This document shows positions 1 to 10,052 of a stretch of DNA of 47,405 nucleotides, piece after piece (within the stretch, counting starts at the first letter, position 1; the number at the start of each line of letters is the position of its first letter). A program made the position numbers and the translations under genes. The notes beneath the pieces are model-generated. The model had not been told where the DNA came from. It did no database searches and worked only from the letters and a program-made list of their open reading frames with translations. The DNA is from Candidatus Ancaeobacter aquaticus (lineage in GTDB: Bacteria > Auribacterota > Ancaeobacteria > Ancaeobacterales > Ancaeobacteraceae), in contig JAVCCP010000041.1 of assembly GCA_030765405.1 (NCBI GenBank), forward strand, positions 1-47,405. The letters are read 5' to 3'.

Positions 1-120
1 CTTCTCTCAGGCTTCGCATAATTCGTTGCCTTACTATGCGCTGAGTTCTGTACCGACCTGCTGGTTAGGCTTTAGTCGGGCTGGTTTTCCAGCTTGCTTA
101 CATTAGCTTTCTTGGCGCAC
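1..120 (-). mobile_element. Group II intron, 5' end (domain I), running off the left edge
   Basis: Minus strand from 120 reads GTGCGCCAAGAAAGCTAATG. It has the GUGYG 5' splice consensus, a GCTGG-AAAA-CCAGC hairpin, a CCGAC/GTCGG stem and a GCATA..GGCAAC..TATGC-GAAGC motif typical of domain I. No RT ORF is visible in the window. Confidence 0.75.
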
Positions 121-189
121 GGGACAGTATACTTAATTATTTGGTATAGCATTCAATACTTAATGATATAAAATTAAGTATACTGTCCC
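121..189. repeat. Perfect 18-bp inverted repeat with 33-nt spacer (MITE/REP-like)
   Basis: GGGACAGTATACTTAATT (121-138) is the exact reverse complement of AATTAAGTATACTGTCCC (172-189). Confidence 0.93.
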
Positions 190-235
190 CTTAATTTTAA
201 CTATACTTCTGGGTAACAAAACAAAAAGGATTCCC

Positions 236-1330
236 ATGGCTTTGCAATGCGGTATTGTTGGATTACCAAACGTCGGAAAATCTACGCTTTTTAATGCACT
301 CACAAATGCACATGCGGACGTGTCGAATTACCCGTTTTGCACAATTGATCCTAATGTGGGTGTTGTCCACGTTCCCGATACAAGACTTTCACAAATCTTT
401 GAACTCATTAAAACAGATAAAATAATTCCCACAACATTAGGGTTTATTGATATTGCCGGCCTCGTAAAAGATGCTCATAAAGGTGAAGGCCTGGGAAATC
501 AGTTTTTGTCACATATCCGTGAAGTCGATGCACTTCTTCATATTGTCCGTTGTTTTAAGGATGATAATATTGCACATTCTTCCGGATCAATTGATCCAGT
601 GCGTGACATAGATATCGTCTCAACTGAACTCATCTTAGCTGATTTACAAACTATAGAAAAAGTTATTGCGCGTATTGCGCGACTCGCTAAGACCGGAGAC
701 AAACATGCACTAGAAGAGCACAAATGTGCAGATAAAATATTACATCACTTAGAAGAAAATAAGCCCGCGTACACGCTTCCTACATCAAAAGAAGAGGACA
801 AAACAGTAAAACAGTTTAATCTATTAACGTCTAAGCGTGTTTTGTATGTTGCAAATGTCAGTGAAGAACAACTTGCTTCTGATGATGATATTGTAACATC
901 ATTAAAAACGTATTTAGCAACACAAAACGCCATGCCCGTTAAGATGTGTACAAAAATAGAGGCTGAATTACTTGAACTATCACCTGAAGAACAGTGTCAG
1001 TATCGTGAAGAACTTGGTTTATCTTCTTCGGGGCTTGATATCATAATAAAAGAAAGCTACGATTTACTTCATCTGATAAGCTTCTTTACCCACAATGAAA
1101 AAGAGCTTCGTTCGTGGACAATACTGAATGGGACGAAAGCGCCACAAGCTGCAGGAAAAATCCACACTGATTTTGAACGAGGGTTTATTCGTGCGGAAGT
1201 AACACGCTTTGAGGATTTTATCTCATGCGGAGGTGAACAGAATGCAAAAGCTAAAGGTCTTGGCCGCATCGAAGGAAAAGAATATTGTGTTACCGATGGC
1301 GATATAATCTTGTTCAGGTTTAACAGATAG
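236..1330 (+). CDS. ychF: Redox-regulated Obg-family ATPase YchF
   Basis: GIVGLPNVGKST P-loop, NYPFCTIDPN, DIAGLV, GEGLGNQFL, and a C-terminal TGS domain with GKIHTDFERGFIRAEV. Confidence 0.97.
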   Translation: MALQCGIVGLPNVGKSTLFNALTNAHADVSNYPFCTIDPNVGVVHVPDTRLSQIFELIKTDKIIPTTLGFIDIAGLVKDAHKGEGLGNQFLSHIREVDALLHIVRCFKDDNIAHSSGSIDPVRDIDIVSTELILADLQTIEKVIARIARLAKTGDKHALEEHKCADKILHHLEENKPAYTLPTSKEEDKTVKQFNLLTSKRVLYVANVSEEQLASDDDIVTSLKTYLATQNAMPVKMCTKIEAELLELSPEEQCQYREELGLSSSGLDIIIKESYDLLHLISFFTHNEKELRSWTILNGTKAPQAAGKIHTDFERGFIRAEVTRFEDFISCGGEQNAKAKGLGRIEGKEYCVTDGDIILFRFNR

Positions 1331-1333
1331 TCA

Positions 1334-2611
1334 CTATTGTTGCAACTCTCCATAAAAGCAATCTACATCATAATCAGTCAGCTTCACTGAAGCAAAAGTG
1401 TTTAAGAGCTCGCTTGTCCCCTTCACCTTGACCCGCTGATAATTTTCGGTAAAACCGCTATAGACACCTTCTTCACACTCTTCTTCAAAGAGCACCTGTT
1501 TCACTAAACCCAGCTGAGTACGCCTAAACATAAATGCTGTATCATTGGTTATAAAATCAAGAATAAACTCCCTGCTTTGCATCTCTTCCGGAGATACCCT
1601 ATCCGGGTAATCGCACGCTTTTGTTCCCTTCCGTGCACTAAAGGGAAAAACATGTACTTTTGAAAATAGATTCTCACCTATAGCTTTAACTGAATGGTCA
1701 AAATGTTCCATTGTTTCACCGGGAAACCCAATTATGAGGTCAGTACTAATAGCACACTGAGGGAAATATTTCTTAAAGCAATCAATGATCTCTTTGTACT
1801 CACTATAGGTATAGTGCCTGCCCATTTTCTGAAGAATTTTATCATCACCGCTTTGAATTGGAATATGAAAATGCGGGCATAGTTTTTGTATCGTTGATAA
1901 CTGCTCGATAAGAGACGGTGTAATATTCATAGGTTCTATCGAGCTCAAACGTATACGAAAGTCTCCTTCAATATCGGATAATGCTTTTAACACCTCAATG
2001 AGAGAGCAGTTTTTATCTGACTCAGCACCATAACTTCCCAGATGTATTCCTGTTAAGACGATCTCTTTATAGCCATTATTTATTATCGCTTGTGCTTCAC
2101 GGACAACAGCTGATACATCTTTACTCTCAACTTTTCCTCTGACATAGGGCACCTTACAATACGTGCAAAACTCGTTACACCCATCCTGAATTTTTAGAAA
2201 TGCGCGTGTACGACCCTCAAAACGAGTAATACCGCTTACTCCATCATACTCTTTATCCTTATTAATATATTTTAAGATGTTTGTTTTATACTCATTTTCA
2301 GCAATATAATCAACCCCATCTATATCTTCAATTGCCACTCTGTCACCATCAACATAACATCCGGTAACAACAACTTTTGCACTTCCTTTTTGTTTGATCA
2401 TTTTACGAATCGTGTTACGGCACTTTTGATCCGTTTTACCTGTTACCGTACAGGTGTTTATCACTATAAGACTGCCATCTCCAGCAGGAACATCATTCCC
2501 CGAACATTCTTTATACCCGTTCTTTAAAAGCTGTTCACGGATAAGCTGGCTGTCATACTGGTTTACTTTACAGCCAAGTGTTTCAATGCGAAAATACTTA
2601 GTGGTTTCCAT
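1334..2611 (-). CDS. mtaB: tRNA methylthiotransferase, MtaB type
   Basis: TLGCKVNQYDS, INTCTVT, radical-SAM CNEFCTYC, C-terminal TRAM-like region; conserved position after rsmE. Confidence 0.9.
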   Translation of the reverse strand: METTKYFRIETLGCKVNQYDSQLIREQLLKNGYKECSGNDVPAGDGSLIVINTCTVTGKTDQKCRNTIRKMIKQKGSAKVVVTGCYVDGDRVAIEDIDGVDYIAENEYKTNILKYINKDKEYDGVSGITRFEGRTRAFLKIQDGCNEFCTYCKVPYVRGKVESKDVSAVVREAQAIINNGYKEIVLTGIHLGSYGAESDKNCSLIEVLKALSDIEGDFRIRLSSIEPMNITPSLIEQLSTIQKLCPHFHIPIQSGDDKILQKMGRHYTYSEYKEIIDCFKKYFPQCAISTDLIIGFPGETMEHFDHSVKAIGENLFSKVHVFPFSARKGTKACDYPDRVSPEEMQSREFILDFITNDTAFMFRRTQLGLVKQVLFEEECEEGVYSGFTENYQRVKVKGTSELLNTFASVKLTDYDVDCFYGELQQ

Positions 2612-2613
2612 AG

Positions 2614-3360
2614 TTAAAACCCCGTTTCATATTTTATAATGAGGGCAGCTGCAATAGCTGCTGTTTCTGTACGAAGAATTGTTTCACCAAATGAGAATTC
2701 CTGAAATCCATTTTCCTGCGCCTGCGCAATTTCACTTTTCTCAAATCCCCCTTCAGGACCAACAACGACACAAACGGATCCCGCCACTAAGACCTGCTTC
2801 TCTTGCATAATTGATTTGAGCAACGTTTTCCCGCTTTCATATGCAATAAGCTTCATCCCTCCAGCATGTTTGTTATGTACGTAATCACTAAACTCCATTA
2901 TTTCTGTAATAGCCGGAATATCCGCGCGACCGCACTGTTTGGCAGCCTCTATTGCTACTTTTTTCCATTTTTCTTTTTTTACTTCATCATCCTTAACCTG
3001 CACCACGGTTCTTTTCGTAACTAATGGAACAATAACATCCACTCCGATTTCGGTAAGTTTTTGCACTATGAGAGACATCTTCTTGCCCTTAGCTAATGCA
3101 ACAGCAACAGTGATGTATACCGACTCAGCATTAGTCTCACACTCTCTTTTCTTTACTATTTTCGCGGCAACCGCATTGTCTCCACATTCATCAATATACG
3201 CATCGTATTCACAACCTTCTCCATCAAAGACAGTGATACTATCACCCTGCTTTAAACGAAGAACATTAATAAGATAATTTACCTGAGTCGCATCAAGTGG
3301 GACCACGAGGGGATGTTCAGAAATAATATCAGCTGGAATGTGAATTCGTTTATGTGACAT
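2614..3360 (-). CDS. rsmE: 16S rRNA m3U1498 methyltransferase
   Basis: NVLRL, KLTEIGV, EAAKQCGR, VGPEGGF, ILRTETAA SPOUT motifs. Confidence 0.96.
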   Translation of the reverse strand: MSHKRIHIPADIISEHPLVVPLDATQVNYLINVLRLKQGDSITVFDGEGCEYDAYIDECGDNAVAAKIVKKRECETNAESVYITVAVALAKGKKMSLIVQKLTEIGVDVIVPLVTKRTVVQVKDDEVKKEKWKKVAIEAAKQCGRADIPAITEIMEFSDYVHNKHAGGMKLIAYESGKTLLKSIMQEKQVLVAGSVCVVVGPEGGFEKSEIAQAQENGFQEFSFGETILRTETAAIAAALIIKYETGF

Positions 3361-3446
3361 ACTCTTGGCGTAATCTATATTATTAAAATGAATCGATCAA
3401 CACAAACTCACGTGGCGCTGACCGTAAAACGTCTTTACCATACATA

Positions 3447-4622
3447 TCAATCACTGCAAAACTTAAACCACTTCTTTGCTTTTTTGATAAAGGATTGGCT
3501 TATAGGGTGCACTTCCTCACCGCTGATTTCAGCAAACTGAGTTAAAAGAGATTTCTGTTCAGAAGTAAGATTCGTCGGTGTCTCAACAACCACGCGCACA
3601 ATTTGATCTCCTCTACCATAACCGCGTAAATCGGTAATACCCTTACCTTTTAAACGGAATAATTTTCCTGTTTGTGTCCCTTCAGGGACTTTCAAGGTTG
3701 TTTTGCCTTCAAGTGCCGGTATTTCTACAGCGCTCCCTAAAGCTGCTTGCGTAAAACTGATAGGCATTTCACATAAAATATCGTCTCCATGCCGTTCAAA
3801 TATTTCGTGTTTTTTAACATGTATGACAATATACAGGTCCCCGGCTTCTCCACCGCGAGCTCCATCCTCACCCGCACTGGTCATACGCAAACGAGACCCG
3901 GACTCTACACCAGCAGGTACTTGTACTGACAATTCTTTCTTTATATGAATACGGCCATCTCCACGGCACTTTTTACAGGGGTTTTCAATGACTGAACCGA
4001 TACCGCCACATTTTCCGCATGTTCTCAGAATATTAATAAAACCGGCATTGCTTGTTACTTGCCCTGAACCACCACAACTTTTACAGGTCGTTTTTTCCGT
4101 CCCTGGCTCGGCCCCCTCACCTTTACAGCTCTGACAGGTTGTTAGTTTCGGTATTTCAATCGTCTTTTCAGTACCAAATGCGGCTTCTTCAAAATCTATC
4201 TCAAGATCATAGCGTATGTCCGAGCCATGTATCGCACCCCTTTTACCTGGTGCCTGCGTATCATCACCAAAGAATGCATCAAAAATCGAACCACCGCCGC
4301 CACCACCGCCAAAGTTACCCATAAAAGTACGGAGAGCTTCTTCAAGATCAATCCCAAAACCCCCGCCGCCGCCAAAACCGCCGGCACCACCGCTCACGTA
4401 CGCATCGTGACCAAACTGGTCATAACGCATTCTTTTTTCAGGATCTCCCAGAACCTCATAGGCAACGGTTATTTCCTTAAACGTTTCTTCTGCTTGATGA
4501 TCTCCCGGATTCTTATCAGGATGATATTGAACGGCAAGTCTTCGGTATGATTTTTTTATTTCACCATCTGTCGCTTCTGTTGTTACTTCTAAAATCTTAT
4601 AATATGATCTCTTTATCTGCAT
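3447..4622 (-). CDS. dnaJ: Chaperone DnaJ
   Basis: J domain with HPD, G/F-rich linker, four CxxCxGxG zinc-finger repeats. Confidence 0.98.
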   Translation of the reverse strand: MQIKRSYYKILEVTTEATDGEIKKSYRRLAVQYHPDKNPGDHQAEETFKEITVAYEVLGDPEKRMRYDQFGHDAYVSGGAGGFGGGGGFGIDLEEALRTFMGNFGGGGGGGSIFDAFFGDDTQAPGKRGAIHGSDIRYDLEIDFEEAAFGTEKTIEIPKLTTCQSCKGEGAEPGTEKTTCKSCGGSGQVTSNAGFINILRTCGKCGGIGSVIENPCKKCRGDGRIHIKKELSVQVPAGVESGSRLRMTSAGEDGARGGEAGDLYIVIHVKKHEIFERHGDDILCEMPISFTQAALGSAVEIPALEGKTTLKVPEGTQTGKLFRLKGKGITDLRGYGRGDQIVRVVVETPTNLTSEQKSLLTQFAEISGEEVHPISQSFIKKAKKWFKFCSD

Positions 4623-4710
4623 AATCTCGATCCTTTACATAAATAAAAATGCAGGAATATATCGATTAGCCTTACGTGTTAAAAGATATATCCCTACACT
4701 TGTTTACAAC

Positions 4711-6660
4711 TTATTTTTTATCGCCTTCACCGACATCTTCATAGTCTGCATCAACGACATCATCATCTTTCTTCTTCCCAGCATCCGGACCGGCACCTGC
4801 TGCACCTGCACCTTCAGGACCTTGCTGTCCTGGATTTGCCTGCTGGTATTTTTCACTCGCTTCTTTATACATTATTTCAGATATTTTATGTGAAGCTTGC
4901 GTCACTTCTTCCATTGCTTTTTTGATATTTTCAACGGAACCGCTTCCCAGAATCGACTTAAGGCTCTCTATCGCCTTTTCTACTTTTTCTTTTTCTTCAG
5001 CTTCTACTTTATCTCCGCATTCTTTCACTGTTTTCTCTGTAGTGTAGACAAGCGTATCGGCTTGATTGCGGGTCTCAACTTCTTCTTTCTTTTTCTTGTC
5101 TTCATCAGCATGCGATTCAGCTTCTTTAACCATCTTCTGAATCTCCTCATCTGAAAGCCCGCTGGACGCTTCAATCTTAATCTTCTGCTCCTTACCTGTT
5201 GCAAGGTCCTTTGCAGACACGTGGACAATGCCATTTGCATCGATATCAAACGTTACCTCAATTTGAGGAACGCCACGCGGTGCGGCAGGAATACCAACAA
5301 GATCAAATTTACCAAGTGTTCTGTTATCACCAGCCATTTCGCGTTCACCCTGTAAAACATGAATACTTACTGCAGTTTGACTATCCGCCGCAGTAGAAAA
5401 GATCTGGCTTTTGCGTGTCGGAATAGTAGTATTTTTCTCAATGAGACGTGTGCTTACATTGCCGAGTGTTTCGATCCCAAGTGAAAGCGGTGTCACATCA
5501 AGAAGCAATACATCTTTTACATGACCGCCTAAAACTGCGCCTTGTATTGCAGCACCGATTGCAACAACTTCATCAGGATTAACACCCCTGTGCGGCTCTT
5601 TGCCTTTAAAGATGTCTTTTACGATTTGTTGAACAGCCGGCATACGTGTCATACCACCAACAAGAACCACTTCATCTACATCTTCAGGTTTAAATTTACC
5701 GTCTTTCAACACTTGATAAACAGGACCTTTTATCCTTTCAAGCAAATCTTCCGTTAACTGCTCAAGCTTTGCTCGTGATAAAGACATGTTTAAATGTTTT
5801 GGTCCGCTTGCATCAGCAGTTACAAACGGCAAACTGATTTCAGTTTGCATAGTAGATGAAAGCTCGATCTTTGCCTTCTCAGCACCTTCTTTTAATCTTT
5901 GAAGAGCCATTTTATCACTTCTCAGATCGATTCCCTGTTCCTTTTTAAACTCAGCAGCAAGCCAATCAATAATTTTTTGATCAAAATCATCTCCACCAAG
6001 ATGAGTATCACCGTTTGTTGCCTTTACCTCAAAAACACCCTCACCCAATTCAAGAACAGAAATATCAAATGTACCGCCACCGAGATCAAATACTGCTATC
6101 TTCTCATCTTTTTTCTTTTCAAGCCCGTATGCAAGAGATGCCGCAGTCGGCTCATTGATAATACGTAATACCTCAAGACCAGCAATCTTTCCGGCATCTT
6201 TTGTTGCCTGTCTCTGGCTATCATTAAAATACGCAGGAACAGTAACAATTGCTTTATTTACTTTTGTTCCAAGAAAATCTTCAGCAGTTTGTCTCATCTT
6301 CTGCAAAATTATCGCAGAAATTTCAGGCGGGGTATACGTCTTACCAGCTGCTTCAATTACCGCATCACCATCGGCCGACGCAACGACTTTATACGGAACA
6401 ATCTTTTCTTCAGCTTTCACTTCAGATTCTTTGCGCCCCATAAAACGTTTGATCGAGTAAACAGTATTATCCGGATTAGTTACCGCTTGACGTTTTGCTG
6501 CAGCACCAACAAGTCTTTCACCAGCCTTAGTGAATGCAACGGTAGAAGGTGTCGTTCTTCCGCCTTCAGCGTTGGGAATAACCACCGGTTCACCGTTTTC
6601 AACGATTGCAACACATGAATTTGTAGTTCCTAAATCGATACCAATAATTTTTTCAGACAT
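4711..6660 (-). CDS. dnaK: Chaperone DnaK (Hsp70)
   Basis: [53 protein letters not shown]. Confidence 0.99.
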   Translation of the reverse strand: MSEKIIGIDLGTTNSCVAIVENGEPVVIPNAEGGRTTPSTVAFTKAGERLVGAAAKRQAVTNPDNTVYSIKRFMGRKESEVKAEEKIVPYKVVASADGDAVIEAAGKTYTPPEISAIILQKMRQTAEDFLGTKVNKAIVTVPAYFNDSQRQATKDAGKIAGLEVLRIINEPTAASLAYGLEKKKDEKIAVFDLGGGTFDISVLELGEGVFEVKATNGDTHLGGDDFDQKIIDWLAAEFKKEQGIDLRSDKMALQRLKEGAEKAKIELSSTMQTEISLPFVTADASGPKHLNMSLSRAKLEQLTEDLLERIKGPVYQVLKDGKFKPEDVDEVVLVGGMTRMPAVQQIVKDIFKGKEPHRGVNPDEVVAIGAAIQGAVLGGHVKDVLLLDVTPLSLGIETLGNVSTRLIEKNTTIPTRKSQIFSTAADSQTAVSIHVLQGEREMAGDNRTLGKFDLVGIPAAPRGVPQIEVTFDIDANGIVHVSAKDLATGKEQKIKIEASSGLSDEEIQKMVKEAESHADEDKKKKEEVETRNQADTLVYTTEKTVKECGDKVEAEEKEKVEKAIESLKSILGSGSVENIKKAMEEVTQASHKISEIMYKEASEKYQQANPGQQGPEGAGAAGAGPDAGKKKDDDVVDADYEDVGEGDKK

Positions 6661-6694
6661 AGTATTGTCCTCCTTTTTCTTTTATGTTTATAAA

Positions 6695-6711
6695 AGCAAG
6701 TAATATGCCAA
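6695..6711 (-). promoter_or_regulatory. Sigma-54 (-24/-12) promoter upstream of dnaK
   Basis: Minus strand TTGGCATATTACTTGCT gives TGGCA-N6-TTGC with exact GG-N10-GC spacing, about 35 nt before the ATG. Confidence 0.7.
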
Positions 6712-6794
6712 TAATATCCCAGACCAAAATTTGCATAAACAATTAATAATTAAGCGGATAGGAATAACGGTAATTTGGGATAAACGGCACACAA

Positions 6795-6809
6795 GAGACA
6801 TTATGTCTC
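6795..6809. promoter_or_regulatory. Palindrome, candidate enhancer-binding-protein UAS
   Basis: GAGACA-TTA-TGTCTC lies 85-100 bp upstream of the -24 box, with an AT-rich tract between. Confidence 0.45.
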
Positions 6810-6822
6810 AACGTTAAGTTTA

Positions 6823-7428
6823 TTACTCGTCTTTGACACTATCTTGAGTAGCAGCTTCCTCTGAAGATGACAGTGGTTTTGCCACTTTTACCATAGAAGG
6901 GCGAATCAGTCGATCATTCAGCAAATACCCTTTTTGCATTTCCTCAACAACAACATTTTCAGGATACTCATCGGTTTCTTCGCTCATAACAGCTTCGTGT
7001 TTATGCGGATCAAATTCCTCACCAACCGATGTTATAGTCTTCAACCCCACACTTTCCAAATATTTGTGGAATTGCCCATCGATTAGCCCAATGCCTTCTT
7101 TAACCTTGAGAACATCAGACGTATCGGTAATATTCATAACTGTACGATCAAAATTATCGAGTATTGGGAATAACCCTTTTATAAAATCTGTATTAGCAAA
7201 TTTTAAAATATCGCTTTTATCTTTTTGTACACGTTTACGGTAATTTTCAATATCAGCCAAAGATCTCATAAACTTGTCATGATTTTCATCTGCCTTATCG
7301 GCTTTATCTTTTAGCGCAGTATACTCATCATGAGTTAAGGTTACATCTTTTTTCTCAGCCTTTTTGTCTTTTATCTCGTCCGGTGCTTTTTCTTCTTCAT
7401 GTTTTTTCTTATGCTTCATCATTATCAT
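6823..7428 (-). CDS. grpE: Nucleotide exchange factor GrpE
   Basis: RSLADIENYRKR, LFPILDNFDR, FDPHKHEAV, QKGYLLNDRLIRPSMVKV. Confidence 0.97.
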   Translation of the reverse strand: MIMMKHKKKHEEEKAPDEIKDKKAEKKDVTLTHDEYTALKDKADKADENHDKFMRSLADIENYRKRVQKDKSDILKFANTDFIKGLFPILDNFDRTVMNITDTSDVLKVKEGIGLIDGQFHKYLESVGLKTITSVGEEFDPHKHEAVMSEETDEYPENVVVEEMQKGYLLNDRLIRPSMVKVAKPLSSSEEAATQDSVKDE

Positions 7429-7466
7429 CCCTCAAAAATTGTTAATGTATCGATATTGGAATTGAA

Positions 7467-7494
7467 ATAATAACAGAGGTTATTAATTTGTCAA
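7467..7494 (-). promoter_or_regulatory. Sigma-70 promoter for grpE
   Basis: TTGACA (overlapping the pyrF stop), 16-nt spacer, extended -10 TGt-TATTAT. Confidence 0.6.
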
Positions 7495-8216
7495 ATAGTT
7501 TCAATTTCTGCTATGATCATCTTGAGCGCTTTTTTAGGATCGCTGTGTGCAAGAACAGGGCGCCCGATAACTAGGTAATCGCTCCCTGCCCGTATTGCTT
7601 CAATCGGCGTCATGGTTCTTTTCTGATCACCGCTTTGCGACCATTCAGGCCTGATCCCAGGAGTTAAGATAATAAAATCTTTTCCGCATGCACGCCTTAT
7701 TGTCCGTATCTCTTGAGCGGATGCAACAACACCGTTTAGCCCGGCATTCTTTGCGAGTTTTGCAAGATGAACAACCTGTTTTTTAATTTGTCTTCTTATA
7801 TTAAGTTCATTCTTTAATATTTCATCATTAAGACTGGTGAGACACGTTACTCCTAAAATGCTCGGCATGGTAACACCCTTTTTGAGTGAAACTATTTCAG
7901 CACCGCTTACCGCCTCTCTCATCATGGCAGTGCCACCTGATGTATGAACATTAAATATATCAACACCGAGTGCAGTTGCAGACTCCGAAGCCTTTCTCAC
8001 GGTATGAGGAATATCATGAAATTTGAGATCGAGAAAAACCTTACAACCATTGTCTTTTACCATCTTAACAACATCCGCTCCCTCTGAAGTAAAGAGCTGA
8101 CTACCAATCTTAAAGAAAGAAACATCACCTTTAAGCATCTTCACATACTTCTGTGCCGAGCTAATATCCTCAACATCCAGCGCTATAATTATCTCACCCT
8201 TCATATTTATCTCCAT
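7491..8216 (-). CDS. pyrF: Orotidine-5'-phosphate decarboxylase
   Basis: IIALD, FLDLKFHDIPHTV, LTPGIRP, DQKRTMTP, VIGRP. Confidence 0.97.
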   Translation of the reverse strand: MEINMKGEIIIALDVEDISSAQKYVKMLKGDVSFFKIGSQLFTSEGADVVKMVKDNGCKVFLDLKFHDIPHTVRKASESATALGVDIFNVHTSGGTAMMREAVSGAEIVSLKKGVTMPSILGVTCLTSLNDEILKNELNIRRQIKKQVVHLAKLAKNAGLNGVVASAQEIRTIRRACGKDFIILTPGIRPEWSQSGDQKRTMTPIEAIRAGSDYLVIGRPVLAHSDPKKALKMIIAEIETI

Positions 8217-8257
8217 TTATTACTACTTATTAATCTTTATTATCTTTTATCCCCCCG

Positions 8258-8312
8258 TTATATCCACCGCGTAGGTGGAACAGAGGCTGTTCCACCTACG
8301 CGGTGGATATAA
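8258..8312. repeat. Perfect 26-bp palindrome made of two inverted REP-like units (REPIN-like)
   Basis: TTATATCCACCGCGTAGGTGGAACAG-agg-CTGTTCCACCTACGCGGTGGATATAA; each arm contains TCCACC-N5-GGTGGA. Confidence 0.92.
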
Positions 8313-8348
8313 AAAAAAAGGGGGGGGGAGGTGGCGTAGCACAAGTTT

Positions 8349-9266
8349 TTAGTTGAGTTTTGTTTTTAGTTGGTTGATGTCTTCAATGTCTTTGTCTTGC
8401 AAGTACTCTTCCAATCCTTTTATTATTTCATATGGTGCCTTCGGATTATAAAAGTTTGCTGTACCGACGCTAACTGCTGTTGCTCCCGCTAGTAAAAACT
8501 CTAATGCACTTTCAGTATCTTCAATACCACCCATACCTATTATTGGTATATCATATTTTTGCGCTAACTGCCATACCATTCTTACCGCGACAGGTCGTAC
8601 GGCAGGACCACTCAACCCACCGGTAATATTTCCGATCTTTGGTTTCATTGTATTTACATCAATAGACATCCCAAGCAAGGTATTTATTAGACTCACTGCA
8701 TCCGTTCCGGCTTGAATCGCAACTTTTGCAAATACTTTAATATCTGTTACATTCGGTGAGAGCTTTGTAATAATCGGAAGCTCGGTTACTTTACGAACTC
8801 TGTGCACTACATCAAACGTCGCTTTAGGATCCACACCAAATGCTATACCGCCTTTTTTTACATTTGGACACGATATATTAATCTCAAATGCTGATGCGAT
8901 ACCGGTTTCAGCGATCTTCTCAGTGAGTTCAGCATATTCACGTGGCGAGTCACCGGCAATATTTACAATGATCGGCATTCTAAGGGTTTTTAAAAACGGC
9001 AGTTTGTTTTTAACAAACATATCAAACCCGGGATTCTGGAGCCCAATAGCATTTAAAATACCTGAGGGTGTTTCAACAATGCGTTGTGGCGGATTTCCTT
9101 TTCTCGGATTGAGCGTTATCGTCTTAGTAACTAAAGCACCAAGTTTTTCTATATCAACACATTTAGCATATTCTTCGCCAAACCCGTACGTTCCAGAACT
9201 CACCAGTACCGGGTTTTTTAAACTCAGTGACCCAATATTAACTTCCGTGTACGGTTTTCTTGTCAT
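8349..9266 (-). CDS. pyrD: Dihydroorotate dehydrogenase class 1B, catalytic subunit
   Basis: SGTYGFG, GNPPQRIVET, NAIGLQNPG, EINISCPNV, KLSPNVTDI, GGLSGPA; adjacent to pyrK. Confidence 0.97.
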   Translation of the reverse strand: MTRKPYTEVNIGSLSLKNPVLVSSGTYGFGEEYAKCVDIEKLGALVTKTITLNPRKGNPPQRIVETPSGILNAIGLQNPGFDMFVKNKLPFLKTLRMPIIVNIAGDSPREYAELTEKIAETGIASAFEINISCPNVKKGGIAFGVDPKATFDVVHRVRKVTELPIITKLSPNVTDIKVFAKVAIQAGTDAVSLINTLLGMSIDVNTMKPKIGNITGGLSGPAVRPVAVRMVWQLAQKYDIPIIGMGGIEDTESALEFLLAGATAVSVGTANFYNPKAPYEIIKGLEEYLQDKDIEDINQLKTKLN

Positions 9267-9269
9267 ATG

Positions 9270-10052
9270 CTATTCCCAAATAATTGTGCTGGCCTCAAAA
9301 ACTGGGCCCTCTTTACAAACTCTCTGATACTCATACCCATCAGGCGCTTCATCGCTGACTACCTTAACAACACATCCCATGCATGCACCAATACCACAGG
9401 CCATATATTCTTCAAGTGATACCTGGCACAACACATCGCTATCCTTAGCAATCTCTGATACCGCTTTGAGCATACCTTTAGGGCCGCATGTATATATCAC
9501 CTTACCGTCACTACCCTCAGCGAGCTCATTTTTTAGCAACTCTGTTACCAATCCTTTTTCACCAATCGAACCATCATCTGTTGCTATGCGCACATCACAC
9601 CCTATACCAGAAAAAGCGTCCTGACAAACAAGTTCATCTTTATTTTGCGCGCCCAACAACACTGTTACATTCTTGCCGATTTTTTTTGCTAACAAATAAA
9701 GTGGCGCAATACCAACTCCACCACCAACAAGAATTGCCTGAGCACCATCCTTTATTTCAAAACTATTTCCTAAAGGCCCCATAACATCTATCGATTCACC
9801 CGCTTGGGCAGTAGTCAAAGCTGAGGTACCTTTACCGACAACCTTATATATGATTGAAAGTCGTGTACCGTCAGTATCATACACACTAAACGGACGACGA
9901 ATCAAAAGACTTCTACCATGCACACGAAGAGATACAAACTGCCCGGGAACAATCTGACTGGCAATATCACGCGCTGAAATCTGCAAATAATAATAATTCT
10001 CGTTTATTTGCGCATTTTTTACTATCTCATATTCTTTTTGCACTATATTCAT
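9270..10052 (-). CDS. pyrK: Dihydroorotate dehydrogenase electron-transfer subunit
   Basis: RRPFSV, GGGVGIAP, CGPKGM, EEYMACGIGACMGC..CKEGPVF 2Fe-2S motif. Confidence 0.96.
   Translation of the reverse strand: MNIVQKEYEIVKNAQINENYYYLQISARDIASQIVPGQFVSLRVHGRSLLIRRPFSVYDTDGTRLSIIYKVVGKGTSALTTAQAGESIDVMGPLGNSFEIKDGAQAILVGGGVGIAPLYLLAKKIGKNVTVLLGAQNKDELVCQDAFSGIGCDVRIATDDGSIGEKGLVTELLKNELAEGSDGKVIYTCGPKGMLKAVSEIAKDSDVLCQVSLEEYMACGIGACMGCVVKVVSDEAPDGYEYQRVCKEGPVFEASTIIWE

Noticed and set aside
6661..7490. CIRCE element or hrcA gene near grpE/dnaK
   Set aside because: No TTAGCACTC-N9-GAGTGCTAA was found, and pyrF directly precedes grpE.
8311..8328. A9/G9 homopolymer as a phase-variation tract
   Set aside because: It is intergenic, not in a promoter spacer or ORF, and may reflect sequencing error next to a strong hairpin.
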